Below are positions 18,759 to 27,279 of a stretch of DNA of 54,220 bases, piece after piece. The position numbers were made by a program, and so were the translations under genes. Each line of letters starts with the position of its first letter. Position 1 is the stretch's first letter. The DNA is from Candidatus Eiseniibacteriota bacterium (lineage in GTDB: Bacteria > Eisenbacteria > RBG-16-71-46 > SZUA-252), in the NCBI GenBank assembly GCA_031397435.1, contig JANNMC010000035.1, positions 1-54,220 of the forward strand. Reading direction: 5' to 3'. The notes beneath the pieces were generated by a model that saw nothing but the letters and a program-made list of their open reading frames with translations, did not search any database and was not told the DNA's origin.

Positions 18759-21700
18759 ACGCCTGATCCGGCTCTCCATCCGGCAGCGCTATCTCATGGT
18801 CCTCCTGGCGCTCGGCGTGGCAATCCTGGGGGTCTTCAGTTTTGGAAGCCTGCCGATCGACGCCGTTCCCGACATCACGAACGTCCAGGTGCAGATCAAT
18901 TCCGTCGTCGAAGGACTCGCGCCGGTGGAGGTGGAGAAGCGGGTCACGTTTCCCATCGAGACGGCGATGGCCGGAATCCCGGGCCTGGAATCGACGAGGT
19001 CGCTTTCGCGATATGGGCTTTCGCAGGTGACGGTCGTCTTCAAGGACGGCACCGACATCTACTTCGCGCGTCAGCTCGTGAACGAGCGATTGCAGGAGGC
19101 CCGAGAAGCGCTCCCGCCCGGTCTCGTCGAGCCCCGGATGGGGCCGATCGCCAGCGGTCTCGGCGAGATTTTCCTCTGGACGGTGGAAGCGGAGGCGGAC
19201 GCTCGGAAGCCCGACGGTACCCCCTACACCCCGACAGACCTCCGCGAGATTCAGGACTGGATCATCAAGCCACAGCTTCGCACGGTGCCCGGAGTGACCG
19301 AGATCAACACGATCGGGGGATACCGCCGGCAGTACCACGTCACTCCAGACCCTCCTCGGCTGATTGCCTACGGACTCACGCTCCACGACGTGGAGGCCGC
19401 GATCGCGAGCAACAACAGCACGGTCGGAGGCGGCTACATCGCCCACAAGGGGGAGCAGTACCTGGTAAACACGACCGGGCGGCTCACCGGACCCGAAGAG
19501 ATCGGGAAAATCGTGGTGGCAACCCGTAACGGAGTCGCGATCCACGTCCACGACGTCGCATCGGTCGGCCTGGGCCAGGAACTCCGCACCGGCGCCGCGA
19601 CGGAGAACGGGGAGGAGGTCGTCCTCGGAACCGCCTTTATGCTCCTCGGGGAGAATAGCCGTACCGTCTCCCGGCGCGTCAGCGAGCGGCTGGAGGCGGT
19701 GAATCGAACCCTCCCTCAGGGAATCGTCGCCAGGACCGTCTACGACCGCACGCGGCTCGTGGACGCGACGCTGGAGACGGTCCGCGCCAATCTGCTCGAG
19801 GGGGCCGCTCTCGTCGTCGCCGTCCTCTTTCTGCTCCTCGGCAACGTGACGGGCGCGCTCATCGTCGCGCTCATCATTCCACTCTCGATGCTCTTCGCCG
19901 TGACCGGCATGGTTCACGGGAAGATCAGCGCCAATCTTCTCAGCCTCGGCGCCATCGATTTCGGAATCATCGTGGACGGCGCCGTGGTCATGGTGGAAAA
20001 CATCGTTCGCCGTCTCTCGGAGCAACAGCGCCTGGCGGGGCGGAGACTCGACCTGCACGAGCGGCTCCAGACGACGATGGCCAGCAGCGCGGAGGTGGCG
20101 CGACCGACGCTCTTCGGCGTCGGGATCATCATGATCGTCTACCTGCCGATCTTGACGCTCACCGGCATCGAGGGAAAGATGTACCGCCCGATGGCGCAGG
20201 TCGTGCTCCTCGCGCTGGCGGGAGCGCTTCTCTTCGCCTTCACCGTGGTTCCGGCGCTCGCCGCGCTCCTTCTCAGCGGGAAGATCGCGGAGCAGGAGAG
20301 CCCCGTATTGCGGGGGGCCCAGCGCCTCTACGCCCCGGCATTGCGCTGGGCGATCCGGCGGCGCACGGCGGTGGCGGCCGGCTCCATTCTGCTCGTGGCG
20401 GCGTGCGGCTGGCTCGCGACCCGGCTTGGGAGCGAGTTCGTCCCGCAGCTCGACGAACAAGATGTCGCGATCCACGCTCTGCGCATCCCGGGGACGAGCC
20501 TGGAACAGGCCATCTCCATGCAGCGCGACGTGGAGAAGACGATTCGCTCGTTCCCTGAAGTCGAGCGGACGTTTTCGAAGATCGGAACGGCTGAGATCGC
20601 GACCGATCCGATGCCCCCGGCCGTAGCGGACGTGTTCGTCATGCTGAAACCGAGGAAGGAGTGGCCCAATCCCCGCCGGCCCAAACCCGACCTTGTTTCC
20701 GCCATGGAGGCGAAGCTGAACCTTCTGCCGGGCAACGTTTTCGAGTACACGCAGCCGATCCAGATGCGCTTCAACGAGTTGATCGCGGGTATCCGCGCCG
20801 ATGTCGCGGTGAAGGTGTTCGGGGACGACCTCGACGTGGCGCTCGGCACGGCGGATCGGGTCGCCGACATCCTTCGCGGGATTCCGGGATCCGCCGACGT
20901 GAAAGTCGAGCAGGTGACGGGACTCCCCATCCTCACGCTTGATATCGATCGCGACGCCTGCGCGCGCTACGGCCTCAGTATCGCCCAGGTGCAATCGGTC
21001 GTGCGGACGGCGCTCGCAGGCGCCGAGGTGGGAGAGGTCTTCCAAGGGGACCGGCGATTCGAGATCGTGGTCCGGCTTCCCGAGAACGTTCGGAGCAACA
21101 TCCACGGGTTGGAACTTCTCCCCATTCCCGTGGAAGCGGCCCCACGATCGATGCTGCCGACGGCGCTTCCCACGCGGCACGCCGGCGCGACGACGGAGTT
21201 CATCCCGCTCGGCGCGGTCGCCTCGGTCAGGCTCGAGGAGGGGCCGAACCAGGTCAGCCGCGAAGACGGGAAGCGGCGCGTCGTGGCGCAGGCGAATGTC
21301 CGAGGCCGCGACATCGGAGGTTTCGTCGCGGAGGCGCAGCGGCGCGTCGGGCAATCGTTGACTGTGCCGACGGGATACTGGATCACGTGGGGAGGACAGT
21401 TCGAGAACATGATCGCGGCGCGAAACCGGCTCATGATCGTCGTCCCGCTCGCGCTGGTATCGATTCTGATTCTGCTCTTCATGGCGTTTGGCTCGGTGAA
21501 GGACGCGCTCCTGGTCTTCACGGGTGCGCCGCTCGCCCTCACCGGGGGAGTGCTCGCCCTGGCGATGCGGGGGATGCCGTTCTCCATCACGGCGGGGATC
21601 GGATTCATCGCGCTCTCCGGCGTCGCGGTTCTGAACGGCGTGGTCATGCTCTCGTTCGTCCAGCGCCTGCGAAAGGAGGGCGTGGCCCTCGACCCGGCGC

Positions 21701-21930
21701 TGTTCAACGGATGCACCGCGAGACTCCGCCCCGTGCTCATGACCGCGTTGGTGGCGGCACTCGGGTTCGTGCCGATGGCGATCGCCACCGGAACGGGGGC
21801 GGAGGTGCAGCGTCCCCTGGCGACCGTGGTGATCGGCGGGATCATCTCGAGCACGCTCCTGACGCTGCTGGTGCTCCCCGCGCTCTACCGCCTGGCGCAT
21901 CGAGATCAGGAGCCGCCCGCCGAACCATAG
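18748..21930 (+). CDS. czcA: CusA/CzcA-family heavy-metal efflux RND transporter
   Basis: The N-terminus LPIDAVPDITNVQVQIN...SRYGLSQVTVVFKDGTDIYFARQLVNERL is near-identical in pattern to CzcA. 1060 aa with 12 TM helices. Overlaps czcB by 11 nt. Confidence 0.95.
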   Translation: MIIERLIRLSIRQRYLMVLLALGVAILGVFSFGSLPIDAVPDITNVQVQINSVVEGLAPVEVEKRVTFPIETAMAGIPGLESTRSLSRYGLSQVTVVFKDGTDIYFARQLVNERLQEAREALPPGLVEPRMGPIASGLGEIFLWTVEAEADARKPDGTPYTPTDLREIQDWIIKPQLRTVPGVTEINTIGGYRRQYHVTPDPPRLIAYGLTLHDVEAAIASNNSTVGGGYIAHKGEQYLVNTTGRLTGPEEIGKIVVATRNGVAIHVHDVASVGLGQELRTGAATENGEEVVLGTAFMLLGENSRTVSRRVSERLEAVNRTLPQGIVARTVYDRTRLVDATLETVRANLLEGAALVVAVLFLLLGNVTGALIVALIIPLSMLFAVTGMVHGKISANLLSLGAIDFGIIVDGAVVMVENIVRRLSEQQRLAGRRLDLHERLQTTMASSAEVARPTLFGVGIIMIVYLPILTLTGIEGKMYRPMAQVVLLALAGALLFAFTVVPALAALLLSGKIAEQESPVLRGAQRLYAPALRWAIRRRTAVAAGSILLVAACGWLATRLGSEFVPQLDEQDVAIHALRIPGTSLEQAISMQRDVEKTIRSFPEVERTFSKIGTAEIATDPMPPAVADVFVMLKPRKEWPNPRRPKPDLVSAMEAKLNLLPGNVFEYTQPIQMRFNELIAGIRADVAVKVFGDDLDVALGTADRVADILRGIPGSADVKVEQVTGLPILTLDIDRDACARYGLSIAQVQSVVRTALAGAEVGEVFQGDRRFEIVVRLPENVRSNIHGLELLPIPVEAAPRSMLPTALPTRHAGATTEFIPLGAVASVRLEEGPNQVSREDGKRRVVAQANVRGRDIGGFVAEAQRRVGQSLTVPTGYWITWGGQFENMIAARNRLMIVVPLALVSILILLFMAFGSVKDALLVFTGAPLALTGGVLALAMRGMPFSITAGIGFIALSGVAVLNGVVMLSFVQRLRKEGVALDPALFNGCTARLRPVLMTALVAALGFVPMAIATGTGAEVQRPLATVVIGGIISSTLLTLLVLPALYRLAHRDQEPPAEP

Positions 21931-21943
21931 CGAATGAAGCATC

Positions 21944-21999
21944 GCGCCGGCCGGTTCGGCGAATCGGGCTCAGCAGCCCGAGAAGCCGGACCGGCCGCG
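21944..21999 (+). terminator. Nested GC-rich stem-loop after czcA (terminator-like, no T tract)
   Basis: The outer arms 21948-21960 and 21985-21997 pair over 13 bp (one G-U), plus 2 bp beyond a bulge. An inner hairpin GGGCT-CAGC-AGCCC lies at 21966-21979. The structure starts 14 nt after the czcA stop. Confidence 0.35.
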
Positions 22000-22032
22000 A
22001 AACGGCGATCCGCGTGAATCTCCTCTCCATCA

Positions 22033-24924
22033 ATGCTATCCTGCGCCACCATGCTCACCCCCGGTTCCACCATCGGCCCCTACCGCATCGACCGTGAAAT
22101 CGGGCGTGGCGGGATGGGCGTCATTTTCCTCGCCCAGGACACGCGCCTTGGGCGCCAGGCCGCCATCAAGGCGCTGCCGGAGGATGTTGCCGCCGACCCG
22201 GAGCGGATGGCGCGCTTCGAGCGGGAGGCGAAGGCGCTCGCGTCGCTCACGCATCCGAATGTCGCCGGCATCTACGGGCTCGAGGAGAGCGAAGGGCGGA
22301 AGTACCTCGCGCTCGAATACGTGGAAGGCGAGTCGCTGGCCGAGCGCCTTCAGCGAGGGCCGCTTTCGCCGGCAGACACGATCGAGTTGGGGCTTCAGAT
22401 CGCGGCAGGGATCGAGGCGGCCCACGAGGCCGGGATCATCCACCGAGACCTGAAGCCGGCGAACATCGTGATCACGACCTCGGACCAGGCAAAGGTGCTC
22501 GACTTCGGCCTGGCGAAGGGAAAAGTCGCCGAGGGGCCGAGCGCCGCAAGCCCTACGAGCGCGACGAGCCCCACGGCCCACTCGCCCACGCTCCTTCACT
22601 CTCCGACGATGCAGACGCCCGCCACGATGCCCGGCGTGATCCTCGGCACGGCCGCCTACCTCTCTCCGGAGCAGGCGCGCGGCAAGATTGTTGACCGCCG
22701 CACCGACATCTGGTCGTTCGGCTGCGTCCTCTGGGAGTGCCTCACGGGGAAACTGACGTTCGACGGCGAAACCGTCTCCGACACGATCGCGAGGATCTTG
22801 GAGCGCGACGTGAATTGGAGTGAACTTCCGCCCGCCACTCCGGCGGCGCTTCGCGCGCTCATGGCACGATGCTTGGAGAAAGATCCGAAGCGGCGCCTGC
22901 GCGACATCGGCGACGCACGACTGGCGCTGGAGGAGTTGAAGGCTGGTCGCTCCTCGGCGGCGATGGCGGCGGCGGGCATATCCTCGGAAGGGGCCACAGC
23001 AGGAACGACACAGGACCCGGCCGCGGCGAGAGCGGCCGCGCAGGCAACCAAGCGGCAGCGAAATCTCATCGCCACGGGCGCATTCCTGCTCGGCGCCGTG
23101 CTCTCCGTGGCCGTCTGGAGCACGCTCCACCTTGGCGGCGGCGGTTCCGGCGGGGCCGCGGGTGGACTAGCCCACCTGGGCGTCTCCATCCCGGACGCAC
23201 TCGTGTCGCAGGGATTCCAGATCACCAACGACGGGCAGACCTTCCTGCTGCGGGCGGTCCCGCGAACGCCCGCGCCGGGCCAGGAGCCTATCCCGATGAT
23301 CTATGTCCGCCGCCTGGAGGGGGACTCGTTCGAGCCGTTGGCTGGAACAGAGCGAGTGGCCACCTTCAGGCCCTACCCCGACGGCAAGTGGCTGTTGTTT
23401 CTCAAGCCGATCTCCGAGCGGTCGTCGGACCTCAAGCTCATGAAAGCGCCGCTCGACGGAAGCGCGCCTGCCTCGGAGTTGGCGCGGTGGGATCGGTCGT
23501 GGACAGCAGGTGGCGCGATACTCGAGTCGGGCGATGTCCTTGTCCCTGTCGATCGCGGGGAGGAATACGTGCGTATCCCGGCCGCCGGAGGCACGCCCTC
23601 GCCACCACGCAAGCTCGGACTCACGGGTGCAGGGAACGGCGTTCTCTTCATAGAGGGTCTGCCAGGCGATCGCGGCGTACTCCTCGGGACAAGCAGCTAT
23701 GCCGGCAACGTCTACTCCCAGGATGTCGCCGTACTCGATTTGAAGTCCGGGAAAGCGAAAATTCTTCTGAGCGACGCGGGGTCACCTCGGTACTCCACGA
23801 CGGGACATCTGCTCTTCTCGCGTCAATCGACCCTGTTCGCGGTTCCATTCGACCTCGGAAAGCTCGAGGTGAAGGGTTCCCCGGTGGCGGTCCTGGAAGG
23901 ACTACAGATCGCTGCGGCGTGGACGCACGGTTCCTTCGATGTCACCGAGAGCGGCACGCTCCTCTATGCCCCCGGGGGATTCACGGGGAAGGACCGCCGG
24001 CTCGTCATGCTGGACGCCGAAGGGCGAAGCACCGACTGGTCGAGCGAGCGACTGCCGTTCGAGATCGGCGCCATCGCCAGCCCCGATGGCTCGAAAGCCG
24101 GGTCGGTAGTCGCGACGGCATCGGGCATCTATGAAATCTGGATCTCCGAGCGAGGCGGGAGCGCCGCGCGCCGCTTCATCGCACGAGAAGGGGCCGATTG
24201 CTACGCGCTTGTGTGGTCTCCGGATGGGGGTACGATCGCCTACAGTCAAACCGCGAGATCGGAGGGGGACGGCATCTACGCGATGAGCGCGGACGGCACC
24301 GGTGCGCCTCGGCTGCTCGCCGGGGTTCCCGTTGATGGTGCCTGTATCCCGACCTGCTGGACACCCGACGGTTCGCGGCTGTTACTCACCTATGTCAAGG
24401 GCGCCCGACTCAAGGTCCTCTCGATCGCGGCCACCGGGCCGCCATCCTCGGCTGCCGATGCCGAATCGCTCTTCGCGGGAGAACCGGGAAATCACGCCAA
24501 CGCCGTTCTCTCGCCCGACAGCCGCCTCATCGCCTATCAATCGGACGAACGCGGACAGTTCGAGAGCTACGTTCGCGCATGGAATGGGACGGCGGCGGTG
24601 GGAGAGGGCATTCCGGTCGGAAAGTCCGGCACCACCTGGATCATGTGGAGCCGTGACGGACGGAAGCTCTTGTTCATGAACGAAGCACGGAAGCTCGTGC
24701 AGGTGGAAATCTTGACGCAGCCGCGGTTGGCCGCCTCCGCCCCTCGCGTACTCTGGAACGAGCGCGATGCGAAGACCATCGGCGACTACATGTCCGTGCT
24801 CCCCGATGGCCGGGTGCTGGCGGTCCGGAAAGGCGAGACCGAGGACGATGTGAACCGCTTCGATCTGGTCCTCGGATTCCCCGAACTCCTGAAGCAGCGT
24901 CTCCGCCAGGCCGGCGGGAAGTAG
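22033..24924 (+). CDS. Ser/Thr protein kinase fused to a TM segment and a PD40/TolB-like beta-propeller
   Basis: Kinase motifs GRGGMGVIF, AIKAL, HRDLKPANIV, DFGLAK and SPEQARG. An S/T/P-rich linker is followed by one TM helix and then repeated SPDG/TPDG/SRDG PD40-like motifs. Alternative ATG at 22051. Confidence 0.9.
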   Translation: MLSCATMLTPGSTIGPYRIDREIGRGGMGVIFLAQDTRLGRQAAIKALPEDVAADPERMARFEREAKALASLTHPNVAGIYGLEESEGRKYLALEYVEGESLAERLQRGPLSPADTIELGLQIAAGIEAAHEAGIIHRDLKPANIVITTSDQAKVLDFGLAKGKVAEGPSAASPTSATSPTAHSPTLLHSPTMQTPATMPGVILGTAAYLSPEQARGKIVDRRTDIWSFGCVLWECLTGKLTFDGETVSDTIARILERDVNWSELPPATPAALRALMARCLEKDPKRRLRDIGDARLALEELKAGRSSAAMAAAGISSEGATAGTTQDPAAARAAAQATKRQRNLIATGAFLLGAVLSVAVWSTLHLGGGGSGGAAGGLAHLGVSIPDALVSQGFQITNDGQTFLLRAVPRTPAPGQEPIPMIYVRRLEGDSFEPLAGTERVATFRPYPDGKWLLFLKPISERSSDLKLMKAPLDGSAPASELARWDRSWTAGGAILESGDVLVPVDRGEEYVRIPAAGGTPSPPRKLGLTGAGNGVLFIEGLPGDRGVLLGTSSYAGNVYSQDVAVLDLKSGKAKILLSDAGSPRYSTTGHLLFSRQSTLFAVPFDLGKLEVKGSPVAVLEGLQIAAAWTHGSFDVTESGTLLYAPGGFTGKDRRLVMLDAEGRSTDWSSERLPFEIGAIASPDGSKAGSVVATASGIYEIWISERGGSAARRFIAREGADCYALVWSPDGGTIAYSQTARSEGDGIYAMSADGTGAPRLLAGVPVDGACIPTCWTPDGSRLLLTYVKGARLKVLSIAATGPPSSAADAESLFAGEPGNHANAVLSPDSRLIAYQSDERGQFESYVRAWNGTAAVGEGIPVGKSGTTWIMWSRDGRKLLFMNEARKLVQVEILTQPRLAASAPRVLWNERDAKTIGDYMSVLPDGRVLAVRKGETEDDVNRFDLVLGFPELLKQRLRQAGGK

Positions 24925-24955
24925 GCAACGCAGAGCTCTCCCTTCCTGCTCCGCC

Positions 24956-26155
24956 TTACCCCTTTGACCGGCGGGGGCCCCAGGTCGGCATGGTGCGAAG
25001 CATGAACTCGTCGAACATCGGCACGGTGAATGCGGTATCGCCGTGGGCCGGACTGTAGATCATTCCCTTCCGAATGAGTCCCGAGCGGAGCGGTGCAATC
25101 GACTGCACCTTGACACCAAGTTGCTCGGCGACGTCGCCGGATCGTTTCGGCCCCGGCCCCAGGCCGGCGAGGGCGCGCAAGTAGTCCTTCTCGCGCGGTG
25201 TCAGGCGGTCAAATCGTACCCGGAAGAAACTCTCGTCGAGCTTCTTGATCGAGACCTCGGTCGCCCGGCGAACGACATCGATGCCGATGGGCGATGCGGC
25301 CGCGAGATTCCAGGACTGGTATCCCCACTCCTGCAAGAAGTAGGGATAACCGCGCGTCACGCGAATCAAATCCTCGATGGCATCGTCTTGAATCGTCACA
25401 TGCTCCCGCCTCAGCGGACCACGGATCGCCTCCATGGCGTCATCGCGACCGAGGGGGCCAATCTCAGGAAAGCGGAACAGTCGTTCAGCGTAAGATTTCG
25501 ACCTCCCCGCGAGGCCGACAAGCTGGGGCAGCCCGGCACCGATCAACACTACAGGCAGCTGTCGCTGAGTAACTCGATGTACGGCCATGATGAGCGCGCT
25601 CAGTTCCTCTTCGGAGAGATACTGGATTTCGTCGACGAGCACCGCAACGGCAGCATCCCGGTCTCGGGCGGCCTCTCCAAGGGCGACAAAGAGTTCTCCG
25701 AGGTCTGCCTCCAGCTCCCCGGAGTCGGCGGTGCCGCGTTCCGGGTCGATGTCCAGACCTACCTCCATGTCCCCATACTTTAATTTGATCGCGCCAATGA
25801 AGCTTCTGAGGATCCGGAGGCCCCGCCTTACCTTGCTGCTCGTTTCGGCGCTCGAGTCCAACCCGAACAAGATCTTCCGAATGACTGGAACGAGCAGGTG
25901 CGGCAGCGGGCGATTCTCTGTCGCTTCAATCATCGTCGCCGCGTATCCGGAAGTTTCGGCCAGCTCGCGGAAGCGATTCAGGAGCACGGTCTTCCCCACT
26001 CCACGAAGGCCGACCAAGATGAGGCTCTGCTCAGGTCTCCCTGCCTTGATTCTTCCCAGCGCGATCCTCGCCTGCTCGATGAGGTCATCGCGTCCGACGA
26101 GTTCAGGTGGGGGGCTGCCGGCACCTGGCGAAAAGGGATTGCGGAGGGGGTCCAT
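24956..26155 (-). CDS. ORC/Cdc6-like AAA+ (STAND-type) ATPase with C-terminal winged helix
   Basis: N-terminal NPFSPGAGSPPPELVGRD, Walker A GLRGVGKT (25988-26011), Walker B VAVLVDEIQ, and a C-terminal wHTH-like LTPREKDYLRALAGL...VAEQLGV. Uses rare A/T-ending codons (e.g. AAA TTA AAG TAT around 25770-25790). Confidence 0.8.
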   Translation of the reverse strand: MDPLRNPFSPGAGSPPPELVGRDDLIEQARIALGRIKAGRPEQSLILVGLRGVGKTVLLNRFRELAETSGYAATMIEATENRPLPHLLVPVIRKILFGLDSSAETSSKVRRGLRILRSFIGAIKLKYGDMEVGLDIDPERGTADSGELEADLGELFVALGEAARDRDAAVAVLVDEIQYLSEEELSALIMAVHRVTQRQLPVVLIGAGLPQLVGLAGRSKSYAERLFRFPEIGPLGRDDAMEAIRGPLRREHVTIQDDAIEDLIRVTRGYPYFLQEWGYQSWNLAAASPIGIDVVRRATEVSIKKLDESFFRVRFDRLTPREKDYLRALAGLGPGPKRSGDVAEQLGVKVQSIAPLRSGLIRKGMIYSPAHGDTAFTVPMFDEFMLRTMPTWGPRRSKG

Positions 26156-26163
26156 GTATACGG

Positions 26164-26198
26164 ATGTTACTCAAAGTTATCTTTAGAAACAATAACTT
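26164..26198 (-). promoter_or_regulatory. Candidate promoter plus inverted-repeat operator for the AAA+ ATPase gene
   Basis: The minus strand reads TTGTTT (26192-26187), a 17-nt spacer, then TAACAT (26169-26164), ending 8 nt before the ATG with no Shine-Dalgarno sequence. A perfect inverted repeat AAGTTAT-N11-ATAACTT (26174-26198) overlaps it. Confidence 0.25.
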
Positions 26199-26653
26199 GA
26201 ATAACAATCACATAAGACCAGTAATATATTGATATGTAATGGTTTACGGTCTACGCACTAACGGACAAATTCCAGGCATCGCGCTCCGGCAGCCTGTTTC
26301 CGGATGCGCAAGCGGATCGACTGCCGAATAGGGGCAAGTAGCTTCCGCGGCATCCGAATCTCCGAGCGAAGCAGGAAATCGCAATTTCGCACAAGGAGGC
26401 GACTCGATGCGCTCGAGTCCGAATTGGAATCGGAGACCGTTCCTGTGCACGAGATCGCACACGTGGCTGCCCCGGGTGGCAACGCGATTGGCGCTGGCAC
26501 GGCTGGGTACTGTAATTGGGCGCGATTGGTGACCGAAGACGACGCCGAGGTATCGCATTGATCTCACATGTAGCTGGGGTGTCAGGAGCTCGTTTCAGAG
26601 CAGTTCTCAACCCGCTTGTCTGTTCGGCCATGGGGCGATAAACTTTCCCCCCT

Positions 26654-27277
26654 ATGGTACTTGCCGACTTGATTCGCCCCGGCTTCGCTGGGCCGCCCGC
26701 TGTATCGTCCGCGGGCTCCGGCGCCGCCAACGCGTCCCGCGCCGGCGCCTTCGCCTACGACCTCACGCTGGTTCTTGCCGGAAGCGCGCTCATCGCCCTC
26801 TCGGCGCAAGTAGCCATTCCGCTACCGTTCTCGCCAGTTCCCGTCACGGGCCAGACCTTCGCGGTTCTCCTCGTCGCGTCGCTTCTGGGACGCGTTCGTG
26901 GAACGGCGGCGGTCCTCGCCTACCTCGCCGAGGGCGCCGCGGGACTTCCGGTATTCGCCGGCGCCGCCGCGGGTCCGGCGAAACTCCTTGGCCCCACGGG
27001 CGGCTATCTCGCGGGCTTCACGCTCGGCGCCTACGTCTGCGGCTGGCTCGCGGAGCGAGGATGGGATCGCACGCCGCTGCGCACGACTGTCAGCATGATC
27101 ATCGGCAACATCGCCATCTTCGCGCTCGCCCTACCGTGGCTGGCGCGCTTCGTCGGCGCTTCGAACGTCTGGGCGCTCGGCTTCTGGCCTTTCATTCCGG
27201 GCGACATCGTCAAAATCGGCCTCGCCGCGGCCCTCCTCCCTCTGGGGTGGAAGGCGCTCGGCGCACGGGGGCGCTAG
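26654..27277 (+). CDS. bioY: Biotin transporter BioY (ECF S-component type)
   Basis: AQVAIPLPFSPVPVTGQTFAVLL, GGYLAGF and FIPGDIVK are characteristic BioY motifs. No bioM or bioN is adjacent. Confidence 0.9.
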   Translation: MVLADLIRPGFAGPPAVSSAGSGAANASRAGAFAYDLTLVLAGSALIALSAQVAIPLPFSPVPVTGQTFAVLLVASLLGRVRGTAAVLAYLAEGAAGLPVFAGAAAGPAKLLGPTGGYLAGFTLGAYVCGWLAERGWDRTPLRTTVSMIIGNIAIFALALPWLARFVGASNVWALGFWPFIPGDIVKIGLAAALLPLGWKALGARGR

Positions 27278-27279
27278 CC

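Noticed and set aside
18661-21942. 1093-aa ORF antisense to czcA. Similar long ORFs occur at 10203-12545, 16893-18779, 33907-36303, 47826-49913, 49941-52016, 2704-4242, 7070-8434, 28220-29686 and elsewhere.
   Set aside because: These are Arg/Gly/Pro-rich, low-complexity translations with no motifs. They lie opposite, or out of frame with, genes that have unmistakable family signatures. They are classic shadow ORFs of high-G+C DNA.
26251-26730. ORFs of 159, 107 and 85 aa (26251-26730 minus, 26244-26567 minus, 26304-26561 plus) in the spacer upstream of bioY.
   Set aside because: They have no motifs, no Shine-Dalgarno sequences and Arg/Ser/Pro-rich composition, and one overlaps the bioY start. 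They are treated as non-coding. Only the SD-led 41-codon frame was kept as a low-interest finding.
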